Of a stretch of 64,000 nt of DNA, positions 12,350 to 24,519 are shown piece by piece. The DNA lies in the NCBI GenBank assembly GCA_030704615.1, contig CM060733.1, forward strand, positions 37,758,001-37,822,000, read 5' to 3'. Numbering within the stretch: position 1 is the first letter of the stretch; each line of letters starts with the position of its first letter. The stretch comes from Takakia lepidozioides. Taxonomy: Eukaryota > Plantae > Bryophyta. Under the pieces are notes generated by a model. The model did no database searches and was not told the DNA's origin. It saw only the letters and a program-made list of their open reading frames with translations. The position numbers and the translations under genes are program-made.

Positions 12350-14165
12350 GAGAGAGAGAGAGGTGGAGCAGCGCGGCACTCATTGCTGCTGCGCTCACTC
12401 ATTCACGCTGCTGCTGCGCTGTGCTGCTGCCCTCCATCTCTCTTCTTCTTCCCTGCATCCGCCATCGCTCATTGCAACCGCCAGCTGAGGAGTTTTGCAG
12501 CCTATCCACAGCTCTGGCCTGCGTTGCTGTGAGGTTGGAGTGGTTTTTTCGTGTTTTCAATTGGAAGGCCCGAGTTTGGTTTTATATTCTCTCCGGCCTG
12601 TCTTTGCAGGTTTATTTTACAGTTTAACATGCGTTATTTAAGTATTTTGTGGAGATGTTTGCGTCTGTCCGGGAATTAGCTGTCTCCTCCCACTCTGGAT
12701 CTGTCTGACATGAGCGCGCGCACATGTGGAGCCGTTCGCATTCGGAATGGATGCTCGGAACACTCGGTTGTTGTTGTTGTAGAAAGCAGCTCTCTTTTTC
12801 TGTCTGAAAAGACGTACGCACGGGAAAGCTGTGCATGTGCTGATGTTGAGCTCGGAATTCTTCCTTCCGTAGTGTGGTCGTCGCATTAGAGAAGCTTGAA
12901 TCAGATAGGTCACCCGCACGCACTAAGTTTACCATCCGTATCTGGGAGACAAGGTTCGGGAAAATCCTACACGGTGTTTCCATCTCATGAGTACTTGCAG
13001 CAGCTGCTATTAATGTTGTTAAACCAGTCACACCTTTCTCCCTCACCTTGTTGCTCACATTATTGCTCCTCAGTGGAAGGTTCTGTTGCCCCCGTAGAGG
13101 TGCCTCCATACTGTGAGGTCTTTTGGGAGTGTTCCCTTTCAGCGCGCTAGAATTAGCAGTAGTCTTTGAGAGTGATAAACCCTGCGCACGTGTCTGTTCT
13201 TCTTCTCGTCACTCACCTCAGCACGTCTCCTCCAAGAGTACAAACTTCTGTCTTTAGTTCGTATCAGCTGACAAGATATGAGAACAGACGTCCGACAGAC
13301 TTCCCCCCTTTCGTTATTGGAGCAGGTGTGTAATGCTGGTTGCCGTCCCTTCTTATTCACTGTTATCTTGATTATTATTCTGGTGATTCTCTTGCTTGTG
13401 CCATTGGCGCTTCCTCATCGGGGCATGGACATCGCGGTCTAAGAACCGGAAGCTCCAGTCCCATGGAGTCTATTGTGTTGCTTCCCAGGGGAGTACATGA
13501 AGCAGCTGACTCGACATGACATAGAATCCCTTCGCCTTTCTTCAGGCCAGAGCGCCGCTTTCCTTGCTCCCTGTCAAGCCTAGGCCGAGACTCCGTGGCG
13601 CCAGCACGCATCGAAATGTTCTTGGCAGGGAGCCTATTCAGGACTATGCAGAGGGGCTAAATGCCCCATCTCTGACGCGAGGAGGTCTGAGGGAGCAATC
13701 GCTGAAATGGAAAGTGGCCTGCCGAATCTTGTTGGGGTAAGGATTTCCTGTGTGCCAGTGAGAAAGTGAGAGGGTTGAGAGGGAAGTTTGGAGGGGCGCT
13801 AATATCTAGAAGGATGAAATAAGGAGCGGGAAAAGAAATAATGCAAGACAGGATGCGAGTTCATCAAGCCAGTGAGGTTGTAGGCGCAGAACTGCAACAG
13901 CGCATAGTTGATTGCACCGTATTAGTCCAGAGCTGGACGCGACTAGAGCCCACGCTCCACCCGGAGTAAACTGGCAGGGTGACGTTGTATTCAGCTTCGT
14001 GCATGAGTGAATGATCAAAGGGGTGTGTGGGGTGCTACATCATTAGGAGACTAGTATAGTGCACTGAATCCCTATCGGAGCTGAAAGCAGCAGTCTTAGT
14101 ACCAGTAGCTTTACTGGAGGTGTAAGGTGTTCGAATGGCAAACAGGATGTACGAGACGAAGCAAG
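12350..14165 (+). promoter_or_regulatory. Probable transcription start region and long 5' leader of the ARF gene, containing many uORFs
   Basis: GA-repeat and CT-rich tract at 12350-12460; short ATG-stop ORFs at 13425, 13463, 13616, 13661, 13707, 13814, 13841 and 14003; strong donor CAAG|GTAAT after 14165. Confidence 0.6.
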
Positions 14166-15058
14166 GTAATTTCTGTCATCAAATTTGTTGAAAGCTGGCT
14201 TGGACATCCACTGGCAGCTTAGAAGATTAGGCTAAACGACTGTCTTTGGAAAGATGGCGGGTTTGAAAATATGCCGCAGCTTTTAGTTGCGCTGGATTGC
14301 TGTGTGGGAGAGATGCCATATCGATATAGGAACTTCAATTCATAGGTGGTTGGGCCGAGATATCTCAGTTCATAGGGATACCACTCAAGAAAGAGAGGTT
14401 GTTCGGCTATGAATTCTAGCGACATTTTTGTACATTACAGGAAGTTCTTAGTCCCCACGGCAAGTAAGCTATGAAGAGGAGTTATGTGATCATCCTGTAG
14501 TGTCTTCCATGGCTTCAAGAACGTGAAAAATCTGAAAAGCTGCGGAGAGTGCATCTGCGTTTTGTGACCTCAGTCCACTTTCTTAGGCGAGAGTTTAGAG
14601 GAGGACGAGACACGTCATTCTTAGGAAAGGAGAAACGGGTAGTATAAGAGATTGTTATGGCATGTGACTGGCAGCTTGGTGGGAGAGAGATTTAAGCCCT
14701 TTTCTAGTACACAGTAGGTGACCATCTTAACTTTAGTAGATAATCAGTAATTGTAGTCCCTGTTTTCCCTGATTTGTGCTGTGAGCCTAAGGTGTGGGAC
14801 TCCCATTAGGATCTGCTCCACAGCTATGCCTTGATGGCCACCCTTCGCAGCAGATTACAGTTGATCAGTTTAAGGTTCTTAGTCCAGTCCACAGTTGGCC
14901 GAGATTTGTACCTCGGGCCATTCTCTGTTCGTCTTATCACTTACATAGGATTTTCTTGCCCGGCCTGATGGCTACTAATTCTCAATCTTTGTCTATGGCA
15001 GGGGAAGAGGAGGAGGGATGGATTTTTGGCAGAGGAAGACTTAAAAGACAATCTAAAA

Positions 15059-18000
15059 ATGCCACGGCAGTGGCCAACAAGGTTGGATGGTGGCACTAAG
15101 GAAGGCTTCCAGAACCTTAACTTTCAGGGACTCTCTGTGGAAAGCTGGATTCGCATGCAACAGCAAAAGAGTGACATGGCAGCTGCAGCAACCCCCTCCT
15201 TGAACATGCAACAAAGGTTCATGGCTGCTGCGGCTTTACAGGTACTTGACTAGGGGAGGGGAGAAGGGCGGAGAGAGAGTGATGTTTCCTGTCTTTCTTG
15301 TCAGTGAAGCATTTCATCCAAATCTTGCAGTCTCCCTGCATGCTTTGTACTCTCCAATCAAATGATCAGAAACAAGAAATTGGATTGGACCAGCTTGTGG
15401 GCTCTTCACTTCCATGTAAGATAGGGCGACAGGAGAGAGGAACTCATTTTTTCTTGTTGATGTGATTGATGTACAGGATCTTCGGGGTATCAATGAGTCC
15501 TCGAAGCAGTTTTTCCATCCACAGCTTCCTCAGCAAATGAAATATCAGTTGCAACAGCAACCTTCACCTCAGACAATGCATCAGCTGCCATTGGCGGACA
15601 CTGCTGTTGGGTCATTCAGGGAGCTCTCACCCAGTCAGCCTCCACAGTCGCCCCTTCGATTACCCCCTCCTTTGATACGTACACCTCCAATCTATACAGA
15701 GTCTGACCTGCACAATGGTTCTCCAACATCTTCATCCTCTAGTCCCTACCCTAGCCTGCAGAACATTGTAGGTTCTCGTTCCCAACCCTGTAGTGCCCCA
15801 ATACAGCTCCAAGATCTGGACAGTGATCAGTCGTACCCCAACATGCTGCATGCCTCTCAAAATGGGCTCCTTCAACAACAAGGAGGGCACATCTCTCAAA
15901 ATGGGCTCCTTCAGCAACAAGGAGGGCACACCTCTCAAAATGGGCTCCTTCAGCAACAAGGAGGACACAACTCTCAAAATGGGCTCCTTCAGCAACAAGG
16001 AGGGCACACCTCTCAAAATGGCCTGCTACCACAGCAATCAGTGCATTCATCTCAGAATGGCCTTCTCCAACAAGGAGGGCAGATATCTCAAAGTGGGCTA
16101 CTTCAGCAGCAACCTGGACCTCAAAACGGGATTCTGCAGCAACAAGCCGGGCATGCAAGTCAAAGTGGAATCCTTCAACATCATGCAGTGCATGCATCCC
16201 TGATTCAGCAACCAGGAGTGCATGGAGCTCAAAATGGGTTGCTCCACCAACAATCTGGCCACACATCCCAGAATGGGCTACTACAGCATCAAGCAGGGCA
16301 TGCACCTCAAAATGGGATGCTCCAGCAGCCAACAGTGCTGCCTGGGGGAAATAGCCTCATGCTTCGTGACCTTCAGGTCAGAATTTCTCATCAGATGTAC
16401 CATTTTTCCCGTTGATAATGTTCATAACATTGAAAGTGCCTCTTCAAGGAACAAAGGTAATGCAAGAGGTGCCATTTCTAAGCATTATCTGCCTGACAAT
16501 GGAGGGTGGGAGAGGGCGCGCTAAGGCTCTGGAAAAAGCAGTGTTGTCGCTATTGTATATGCAGTAGGTCATCCCAAAAAATTGCAGAACTGCACTAAAG
16601 TCCCGAAGCGAGTGGGATTGATGTCATCGCCAACTTGTTCATTGATGAACGCTGTTGAGCAGGGTAGGGTCTCACCTTGTTGATTAGAGTGTGCCCCATT
16701 GTGCTCTCTGGGCTGCCCAGTCTAACTGAGCTGTTGATGTCCAGGTGGAAAGTAAGGACTAGTGAAGCAGCAGGTGTCGAGTTCACTGACATCATTCTTC
16801 TCTCTTTGTCTATCTCTCTGCTGCGTTTTCTAGCATAATGTCTACACCTGGATGTAGTATGCCCTGAAGAGTGCCACACATACCCAATGTATGCACGGGG
16901 TTCATGAGTACATTCTCTTTAGCTCTTCTGCCATCCTGTGAAACAGGCTAAGTCCTGGTGGAAAAGTGTACAGGAGATTTTCCAAGTACCCAAATAGTAG
17001 GAAGGAAGAACTGACCCTGCTAGAAGAAGCTGACTAGTGTCTAAGGGCAATCGAAAGCATGAAGAATGTCCAAACAAAATGGAAGGTAGGCACAAAACTT
17101 CCGTGAACTTGTTTCCAGTTTGTGACATGGTTGATGACCCTAAGGATGATCTGAAGGGCCTACCTACCCTCGGCACTAGACTGAAATTTAAACTCGGGAC
17201 GAGGAGTCTTCCTTTGAACAAACAACAGATGAAGAGAGGAAAGGGAGATTGTCAATGCCTGATGTGGGGGCAACTTGAAGACAATATCCAGTCAATGTCC
17301 AGGGTATTCTCATCAGAGAATGACTCTTCAGTACCTCTGTTCACCATCTTCCAAAATCTGGAGGTTGAGCCTAAAGCCCTGGGCCTGTTGGGGTCTAATT
17401 GCTGGGCATCTCACACACAGCAGATTGATGCTTATGTGAAGGGCTTTCTAGAGGAGACTAATTGTTTATATCATCAAGGTTAGTCCCACCACTGGAGCAA
17501 GCTTGGCCACAAGGCTATGGCTAACATCTTATGAATACATTCTTCAGCTCTTCTGCTTCGTCAAGCTGGAAGAAGATATTTCTGCAGTTCTAGTGGACGT
17601 TAGTCTGATGGTTTGTACGTCTCTCTCTCTCTCTTACTCCCGAAGACAATATTCATTTCCTATATTCATTTCCTGATACACTGTCCGGGGTACTCTCACC
17701 AGAGAGACGCTCTCCTCAAATCTATCAAGGGAATTGTGCCTTACCAACTTTGAAAGTCTCGAGGCTGAGCTAAAAGCCCAGGCCCTTCTGGGGCCTAGTT
17801 ACTGGGCTAACCACACACAGCAGATTGATGCTTGTGTGAAGGGATTTCTAGAGGATATCTGGAAAACCCGGATCAATGTTCTTTACCAAGGTAAGTCTTA
17901 CTACCAACGTCAGCCCAGCCCCTGACAGAGGTAGGTTCTGTCCCTTTGTGTTCCGCTCAAACTGGGCGCAGGGTCAATGGCCACAAGACTACGGCAAACA

Positions 18001-20440
18001 ACGTCTTATGAGTACATTCTCTCTTACTCCCTGTGGAAGGGCATTTGTTCCGCCGGAACTGGGCGTGGGGTCTATGGCAGGCTACAGAAAACAGTCTTAT
18101 GAGTACATTCTGACAGGGAAGTTGTGACTACCATAGGAACTTTGGATAGCTTGAAAAATACATTTCTGATTATGAAGGACATAGCTGCAGCAGGTACCGG
18201 GTTCTTGGTACTCGTCCATGAGGGATCCCTGCACCTACTCAGAGGCTCAGCCAATCACAAGCACCTCACGCTTGCAGAGGATGGACATGCCCTTGACTTC
18301 TGCAGCTCCAATGGGCTCCCCCGTATTCTCCCCCTCTGTCACTGAGTTCGGAAGCCAGAGGGGACTTGTAGCGCTCCCAGCACAACTCGGCCAAGGCCAG
18401 GCCATATACAGGGATGGGCCTCCAGAGCAAGAACTGCAATCTCAGTTTGACGCTCAAAGCCCTCTAGCATCCTTGGGGTCTACCAAAGGATGTGCTTCCC
18501 CCTCTGCTAGGAGTGAGTTTCATGGACGACGGCTGCTCACTGGGCCCTACTGCTCTACATCAAGTGCAATCGCAGAGCTTCCCTTGACTACCCCAACTAT
18601 GATGGCGAATGGAGGTTTGGAGGACACTGGATTTCTACAACGGGGTTCTATTTGTCCCTCGAAACCTGTCAGAAGTTACACCAAGGTACAAATACCTTCC
18701 TGCTGTGCATATGCTTGTCTAGTCACCTTTACCTTCCCCATGTGGCTTGTTTCCTTGTTCCCATCATTCCCGAGCTTCTCTCATTCGGACTTGGATATCA
18801 CCAATCTCCATGGTGCCAAGTAAATGTCCACAAAGAAAATTTACAGAAAAGTCACTGCAGGTGGAAGAGGGCCACAACAGCTTCATATTGAGATTCTTAG
18901 CCTTGGTGGTAGTGGCCACAGACCAACAGCTATGTTTTGTCCAAGCATCCATGTGTTTCTCCTCTGCATATTCGTCTCAAGCTAAGACCTCATTTCACAG
19001 AGCAGAAGGCCAGTCGATTTGTCCTTTCATCCTTTCAGGGTGATCCCAGTTTCAGCTTTCCTTGACATTCCCACCATTTTCCTGCTCTCCACTCTGACAG
19101 AAGTTGCTTTGGCCTGTGGATGAATTAGGAATTGGCATTGCGCTTGTATGTTTTTCTGTAAATGAATGTGGTGCTTGGTTGAGACCACAATTACTTCAGT
19201 GAGTAGCCTCTCTCTCTGCCCATCAGGGTGAGTGTAGAGTGGCACTTCTGGGGTTTTAATGACAATTGGCTGTGGTTGTGAATGGGCCTGGTAGGTGTAC
19301 AAGCTGGGATCAATAACGCGAGCTCTCGATGTGAATCGATTCAGCAACTACACAGAATTGCGGTGTGAGCTAGCACATATGTTCAATTTGGAGGGCCAAC
19401 TGGACCAGAAGCTTGGGTGGCAATTAGTGTTTCTGGACAATGAGAACGACCTCCTCCTGGTTGGGGATGACCCTTGGGAGTGCGTTCTCTATCTCCCTCT
19501 CCCTTCTCCCTTTCCTTTTGAGTGTCATCCAAAATAGAAGTGGAGAATGTAAGACAGTCTGTCTGTCTCTGGGCAAACCATTTATCTACTCCTCACTATC
19601 TACTGGATTGAAACCTGTTTAACATTTGTTGTTCCCACATTGGAGTAACTTGTCTCTTGCTATTATGATTATGTAGCCAATGATGACCAACATGTTATGA
19701 GAGTTTTGTGTTAATCACTAACGACCTAGGGGGAAGTAATATCTTGTTTTCTAATAGCTCATTGGGAGACTGATCTAAGTGTGACTGTGGACATGGGAAG
19801 CTGTACTCGCATTGTCAGCTTTGCATGCCCTCAGAGCCCCTCCCTCTTCAATTTACGTGTGGATGTCAGTAGGAAGGTGCACTCTTGAACTTCGGAAGTA
19901 GTTCACCCATGGTTCTGGCATTGCCTCGACCATTTCTCCCTGCAAGATCCATTTATAGGAATCCACACACGTGGTCATGAGATACTAAATGTATTTGGTA
20001 CTCATACCACTTTTTGGAAGGCATAATAATGATATATTGTAGTGCCAGCTCACTTTGTGGGTCTGCCATGTATAGAAGTGCAGTTCTAGATATCCACAGA
20101 AAGGCTACTCTCTCTTATTGAAACCTGTCCATAATCCTTGCATTGTGAAGTGCTCTATGTCGACTACCTGATACAATTTTCTGTACAACCTACCTAGAGC
20201 TGGCGCAAGCAGCTTCTTCCATATTGAGAATTAGTCTAAGATTAGCTGTATGTTCTTGGGCCCTTCATGAATCGGTGGGATCTAATCTGGCTTCGTGGTT
20301 GGCTCAATTGCAGGGAGTTTGTGAGCACTGTTCGCAGCATCCGAATTTTATCACCCTCTGAAGTCTACTTCTACACGAATGAGGAAAGATTGGGCGCTGC
20401 CTACAATTCCTTCAGTGGTGGCACTCCAAAGCAGCAGTGA
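15059..20440 (+). CDS. ARF: Non-canonical (clade-D / ncARF) auxin response factor: class-A-like middle region plus PB1, no B3 DBD; ~630 aa. Exons 15002(ATG 15059)-15241, 15477-16376, ~18185/18191/18194-18685, 19295-19479, 20314-20440
   Basis: Class-A post-DBD motif [14 protein letters not shown]...MAAAALQD; Q-rich middle region; PB1 RSYTK|[36 protein letters not shown]...[22 protein letters not shown]|[17 protein letters not shown]; GT-AG junctions are phase-compatible; no B3 sequence found upstream; start codon uncertain. Confidence 0.88.
15849..16330 (+). repeat. Coding 39-nt tandem repeat encoding ([13 protein letters not shown])n, about 11-12 units, degenerating 3'
   Basis: tctcaaaatgggctccttcagcaacaaggagggcacacc repeated; seen in ORF 15462-16415. 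Confidence 0.95.
17277..18115 (+). repeat. Intronic tandem duplication (two diverged ~300-400-bp copies plus partial copies)
   Basis: cacacacagcagattgatgctt.tgtgaaggg.tttctagagga near 17412 and 17812; atga.tacattct at ~16905, 17531, 18008 and 18098. Confidence 0.85.
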
Positions 20441-22627
20441 CCATCGTTTGAGGCCTGAAGATAGGCCTTTTTGCTTGCAATTACTTTAGGTGGGACTTTC
20501 TTCAGCTCTGAGACACCTCCCACTCCTTTCCTCACGAATCAAGCTTGCCACGGCCTATTTGTAAATGGTGAAGATAAGCAGCTCCCTAAGCTGCTGATTG
20601 TGGTGGGTGAGAATCGTCAACTCGACTGGGTGCCTCACATGGACTGGTCTGGTGGAAAGGTTGCCTTGGACGGGCATGAAGTCTCTCACCCTGGTAGCCC
20701 TTCTCTGAATTGTCTGGCACCAGTATGAATTGTCCAGTTAAAGCACGCCACTGTTGTGGCTTAATCCTTCTGCCTCTGAGGGTGCCTTGGCGGCCATATA
20801 TGTACGCATTTCTGGGAGTCGGCAGCAATCCCCGTGCAGCGAGTAATTGGCAGCATGGTTTACATTCCATAGCTCCCCAAGTGGAGTAAAGGAGCTGGCA
20901 TTGTAAAATGTGGCAAGTTACACATCATGGTGTGGTATTGCCATGGCAATTTTGGGAAGGCTCGTTGAATTTGGAAAGGCCACTCAATGAAGACAGCAAA
21001 TCAGCAGGAGGCAGGTGCAGTGACACCTGGTCCAAGAGGGTTTATGAATGATTGTTCAGGCAATCCATTTCACTGCCTGTGCCGAGGCATGTAATTTTTA
21101 GATCTTTCAGATTAAACTTGAGAAAAGAGTTCACCGGTCCAATTGCGTGATTTCCATGATCTTGGGCCCAACAGTGAATCTTTTGTGCTTATCTTGCATT
21201 CCATACACATGGACAACACGCCCCATCATAATCAATGGGGGTGAAGGAGGACTGACCGTGTCAAAGTCATTGTTGACTTTTCTAAGCAGGCGGATCAACT
21301 CAAAGTTTGAGTGGGCCTGTCTGCCAGCTCTCAACTCTTAACCTCTGGCTACAGGTTATGGACGCATCCTCTACCCGCGTGCGTGTGAGTCGACAAGTTT
21401 CCATCGCCAACACTCTAAGGACATCCCCAGGTAACCGTCATTCTGGATGCCACCCACCCCGCAGTCTTCAGCTTTTTGTTTTGTCTGGTTATGATACAGC
21501 CACAGGGAAGCTTGATGTGTCTTCCCGTTTGTTGAAAAGAGTCTAATTCCAACTGCTTCCTCCTTCAAAAGTGTTGATTGCTTTGGAATTGTGCTTTCAA
21601 ACTATGCACACCTGCCTGCCCATATGCATATCTCCATCTCTCCTACTAATCTCTGCATGGGACCACTTGGCCTTCTCTACACTTGGGATTTCAATTTTTC
21701 TTTTTTTTCTTTTTTTTCTTTTTTTGTCTGGGTACGAGCGAACGCAGTCGTCTGTGGACGTCCGTTCGGGACTAACTAGACTAACGGACCCCGTCGTTAC
21801 ACGCATGTCGTCCATTACCCGAGGCACTTTTCCGACACTCTGAAGAGTAATAATCTGGAGCATTATCTCATAATTAAACTATATGCGATCTTTCCATGCT
21901 ATCTTCCGACTGATTTTAATGGATGTTTTTATATTTTTATATATTTTTATACTTTAAAGGATAGGGGACGGAGTCCCTTTTAACGCTTAACTTCCTACGC
22001 AACCCGTTTCAGGTCGATGTGTCTGGAGGACCATCCTAACTTTTGCAGAAATGAACTTTTTTTTCATCCATTCCTTCTAGCATCTATTGCGCATTAGGTG
22101 GCCCACCTTGCATGCCATTTGGAGCAGGTAGGCGACCTCTAGATTTTTCTAAAGGGACAGGAGTCAGAAAATAAGGGGTGGAGGAGAGTTGACTAGACAC
22201 GTGGGGCCCCCTGATTGGGCCACCCCAGCCCCTGAATTTGCTATGTGAATTTCTGTTTCCTTGGTTAGATCATATTGAAAATTTGCCTATTGCTTCAAGG
22301 TTTTGAACAGAGCCCCTCACCAGAGAGATTTTTTTAATTTTGGTTTTTGGGATGACATGCTTTGGAGGGAAGCTTCAAGTTTGTATGTGTTTGTTGTTAG
22401 GGATGGACATGTCAACCCTCACCAAAATACATACAAAGCAGCATATGCAAGAAAATGTTGGTTTGATGTGAAAGTTGGTATGCACTTTGCATTTGTAATG
22501 TATATTATGAAAATTTGGGGTAGCCCTTCTGGAAAATTCTCAAAGCCCCTCAACAAGCTTGGTCAAAGCAAATAAAGGTTTTTTTTAAAGCAAAAATTAA
22601 AGATAGAAGGATGCCATAAACTTACTA

Positions 22628-22996
22628 GGGTAGAACACCCTATGACCGTTCATCTAAAGATGGCGAAAGATCTAACGGTGAATTTTTGTCGTTTTTACCC
22701 CGGATAAATTGATAAGATGCCCCACATCTAGGGCATCCCAACACATTTGGAAGTGCATGATTTCATGAAATCCACACAAAGTTATGGGGTTTCAAAGTTG
22801 AACCAATCCGAATGCTTGTGTGAAGTTTGAGCCCTATGACCACTCATATTTCTTGGGGGTTCTATCAAATAACTGTTTGCCAAGTGGAAAAAATGAGCAG
22901 TCTTGGGCCCAGCCATGGTCGCTCATGCAGGCCTGACCCAAGCAATTATGAGGTGAACGGTCATAGGAACTATAACGGTCATAGGGTGTTTTACCC
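22628..22996. mobile_element. MITE copy 2 (inverted relative to copy 1), TA-flanked
   Basis: TA|GGGTAGAACACCCTATGACCGTTCA ... ACGGTCATAGGGTGTTTTACCC|TA; small duplication of part of the TIR near 22955-22980. Confidence 0.93.
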
Positions 22997-23539
22997 TACT
23001 TCTAGACTTGAGTGTAAGAACGAGTTGCATATAGCAATAAAAGGTTTAATAGTTTATCTTTATATTTTAATCATTTTTTAGTTATTTTTAGTATTCATCT
23101 TTTTAGTCATAACTTAAACTTATTATAATCATTAAAAGTTATGTTACTGTACGAATAAAATCAACACATATTTACTAATAATAATAATAATAAAATAATT
23201 CAAAATTTAACTTTTATACAACCAGACACTTGTAACTACACAATGCTCTTAAACATGTAACAATCAAGTATGTTATATATATATATATATATATATTCAT
23301 TCAAAGATCTATCACACAACATTCAGTCTCACTTTTATTTTCTAAACATCTAAAGATCGGACATGTAACAATCTGATTCTAAGTATTTCAATTTTATTTA
23401 TTTTTTCTACTGTAATTAATTAAGAGAGTTGGACTATAGGCAACATTGTCAAAAATTGCGGAAGATGTACAGGCATGTTGGAAGAGGCTAAGCGAGATCA
23501 TGAGAGACTTGAAAACTCGAAAAGAAAAGAATATTTCCT

Positions 23540-23759
23540 AAGGGAAATAGAAAAAATGTAAACTACTATAATAAATGTATCAACTTTGGTCATTATATTT
23601 ATGAATCACATATACTATTTATTGGTATGTACCGACAAAATTGGTAGGTTGTCATCATTTATTATAATTAAAACAAAATTTTATTTTCGATAAACGTTCA
23701 TACATCCATTTGTAATGCACTCATATTCTTTTTTGAAATAAACCTTTACGTGTTAGTAC
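23540..23759. repeat. Direct repeat of ~200 bp, second copy at ~46395-46597, bracketing the palindromic satellite
   Basis: gaatcacat.tactatttattggtatgtaccgacaaaatt.gtaggt...taaacgttcataca...tttgtaatgcac...aaataaacctt in both places. Confidence 0.85.
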
Positions 23760-24493
23760 CAATGTTGGAAGGTTATTTATTCTTGTGTCTAATAACAGTT
23801 GGCTATCTATTTGGTTATATATATATATAACCGCAGGAGATGAAAAATTTAAATAACCGGTCCCGAAAGGAACCGGCAGACTCTAGGCATACAAGTAACC
23901 GGTCCCAATAATAACCGGCGGAGGCCAAAACTTTAAAAATTGATGTAGACAACCGGTTGGTGTTTTTTAAGTGGACGGTTATGAATATATATATTGGGTC
24001 TAATAACCTAAGGCTATGAATGGCGGTTATGAGATGTGAGTCATTGGCTAGATTCATGAATGAGATTGCCAAGGCTTCATATATTGAAGCACATTGAAAC
24101 ATTATGATAGGACATTTTTTGAAATCCCCATTGATGAGCCCAATTTATTTAGTAATTCCAAATGCATGCGTCATTCTGCAGGCCAGCTCCATTGTACTGA
24201 TGCAGGCTTGAAAACATATTTATGATTGATAGAAGTTTCAACTATAATTCCATATTTTAATTAATTAATTAATTAATATACATAACCGGTTGAATAACCC
24301 TCAGTTATAGCGAAAATGATAACCGGATTTATGGATACCCGACCAAAAAAACATGTCACTCTGAACTGCAACCGGCAGGTTATTAGAAAGTCAATAAATT
24401 GATGTAACTTGCATCTAAGATTCTTTCAATATTAAGTTCCAATGTAATCGCAACCGCATGTTACCAAAAAATATAAATAACCGCCCAACACTG
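23760..24493. mobile_element. Non-autonomous hAT element (734 bp)
   Basis: 8-bp TSD GTTAGTAC (23752-23759 and 24494-24501); imperfect TIRs CAATGTTGGAAGGTTA / TAACCGCCCAACACTG; subterminal AACCG(G) repeats. Confidence 0.92.
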
Positions 24494-24519
24494 GTTAGTA
24501 CCTATGTTAAAAATAGAAA

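Noticed and set aside
15732-16332. Repetitive antisense and alternative-frame ORFs
   Set aside because: Shadows of the 39-nt coding repeat in the ARF exon
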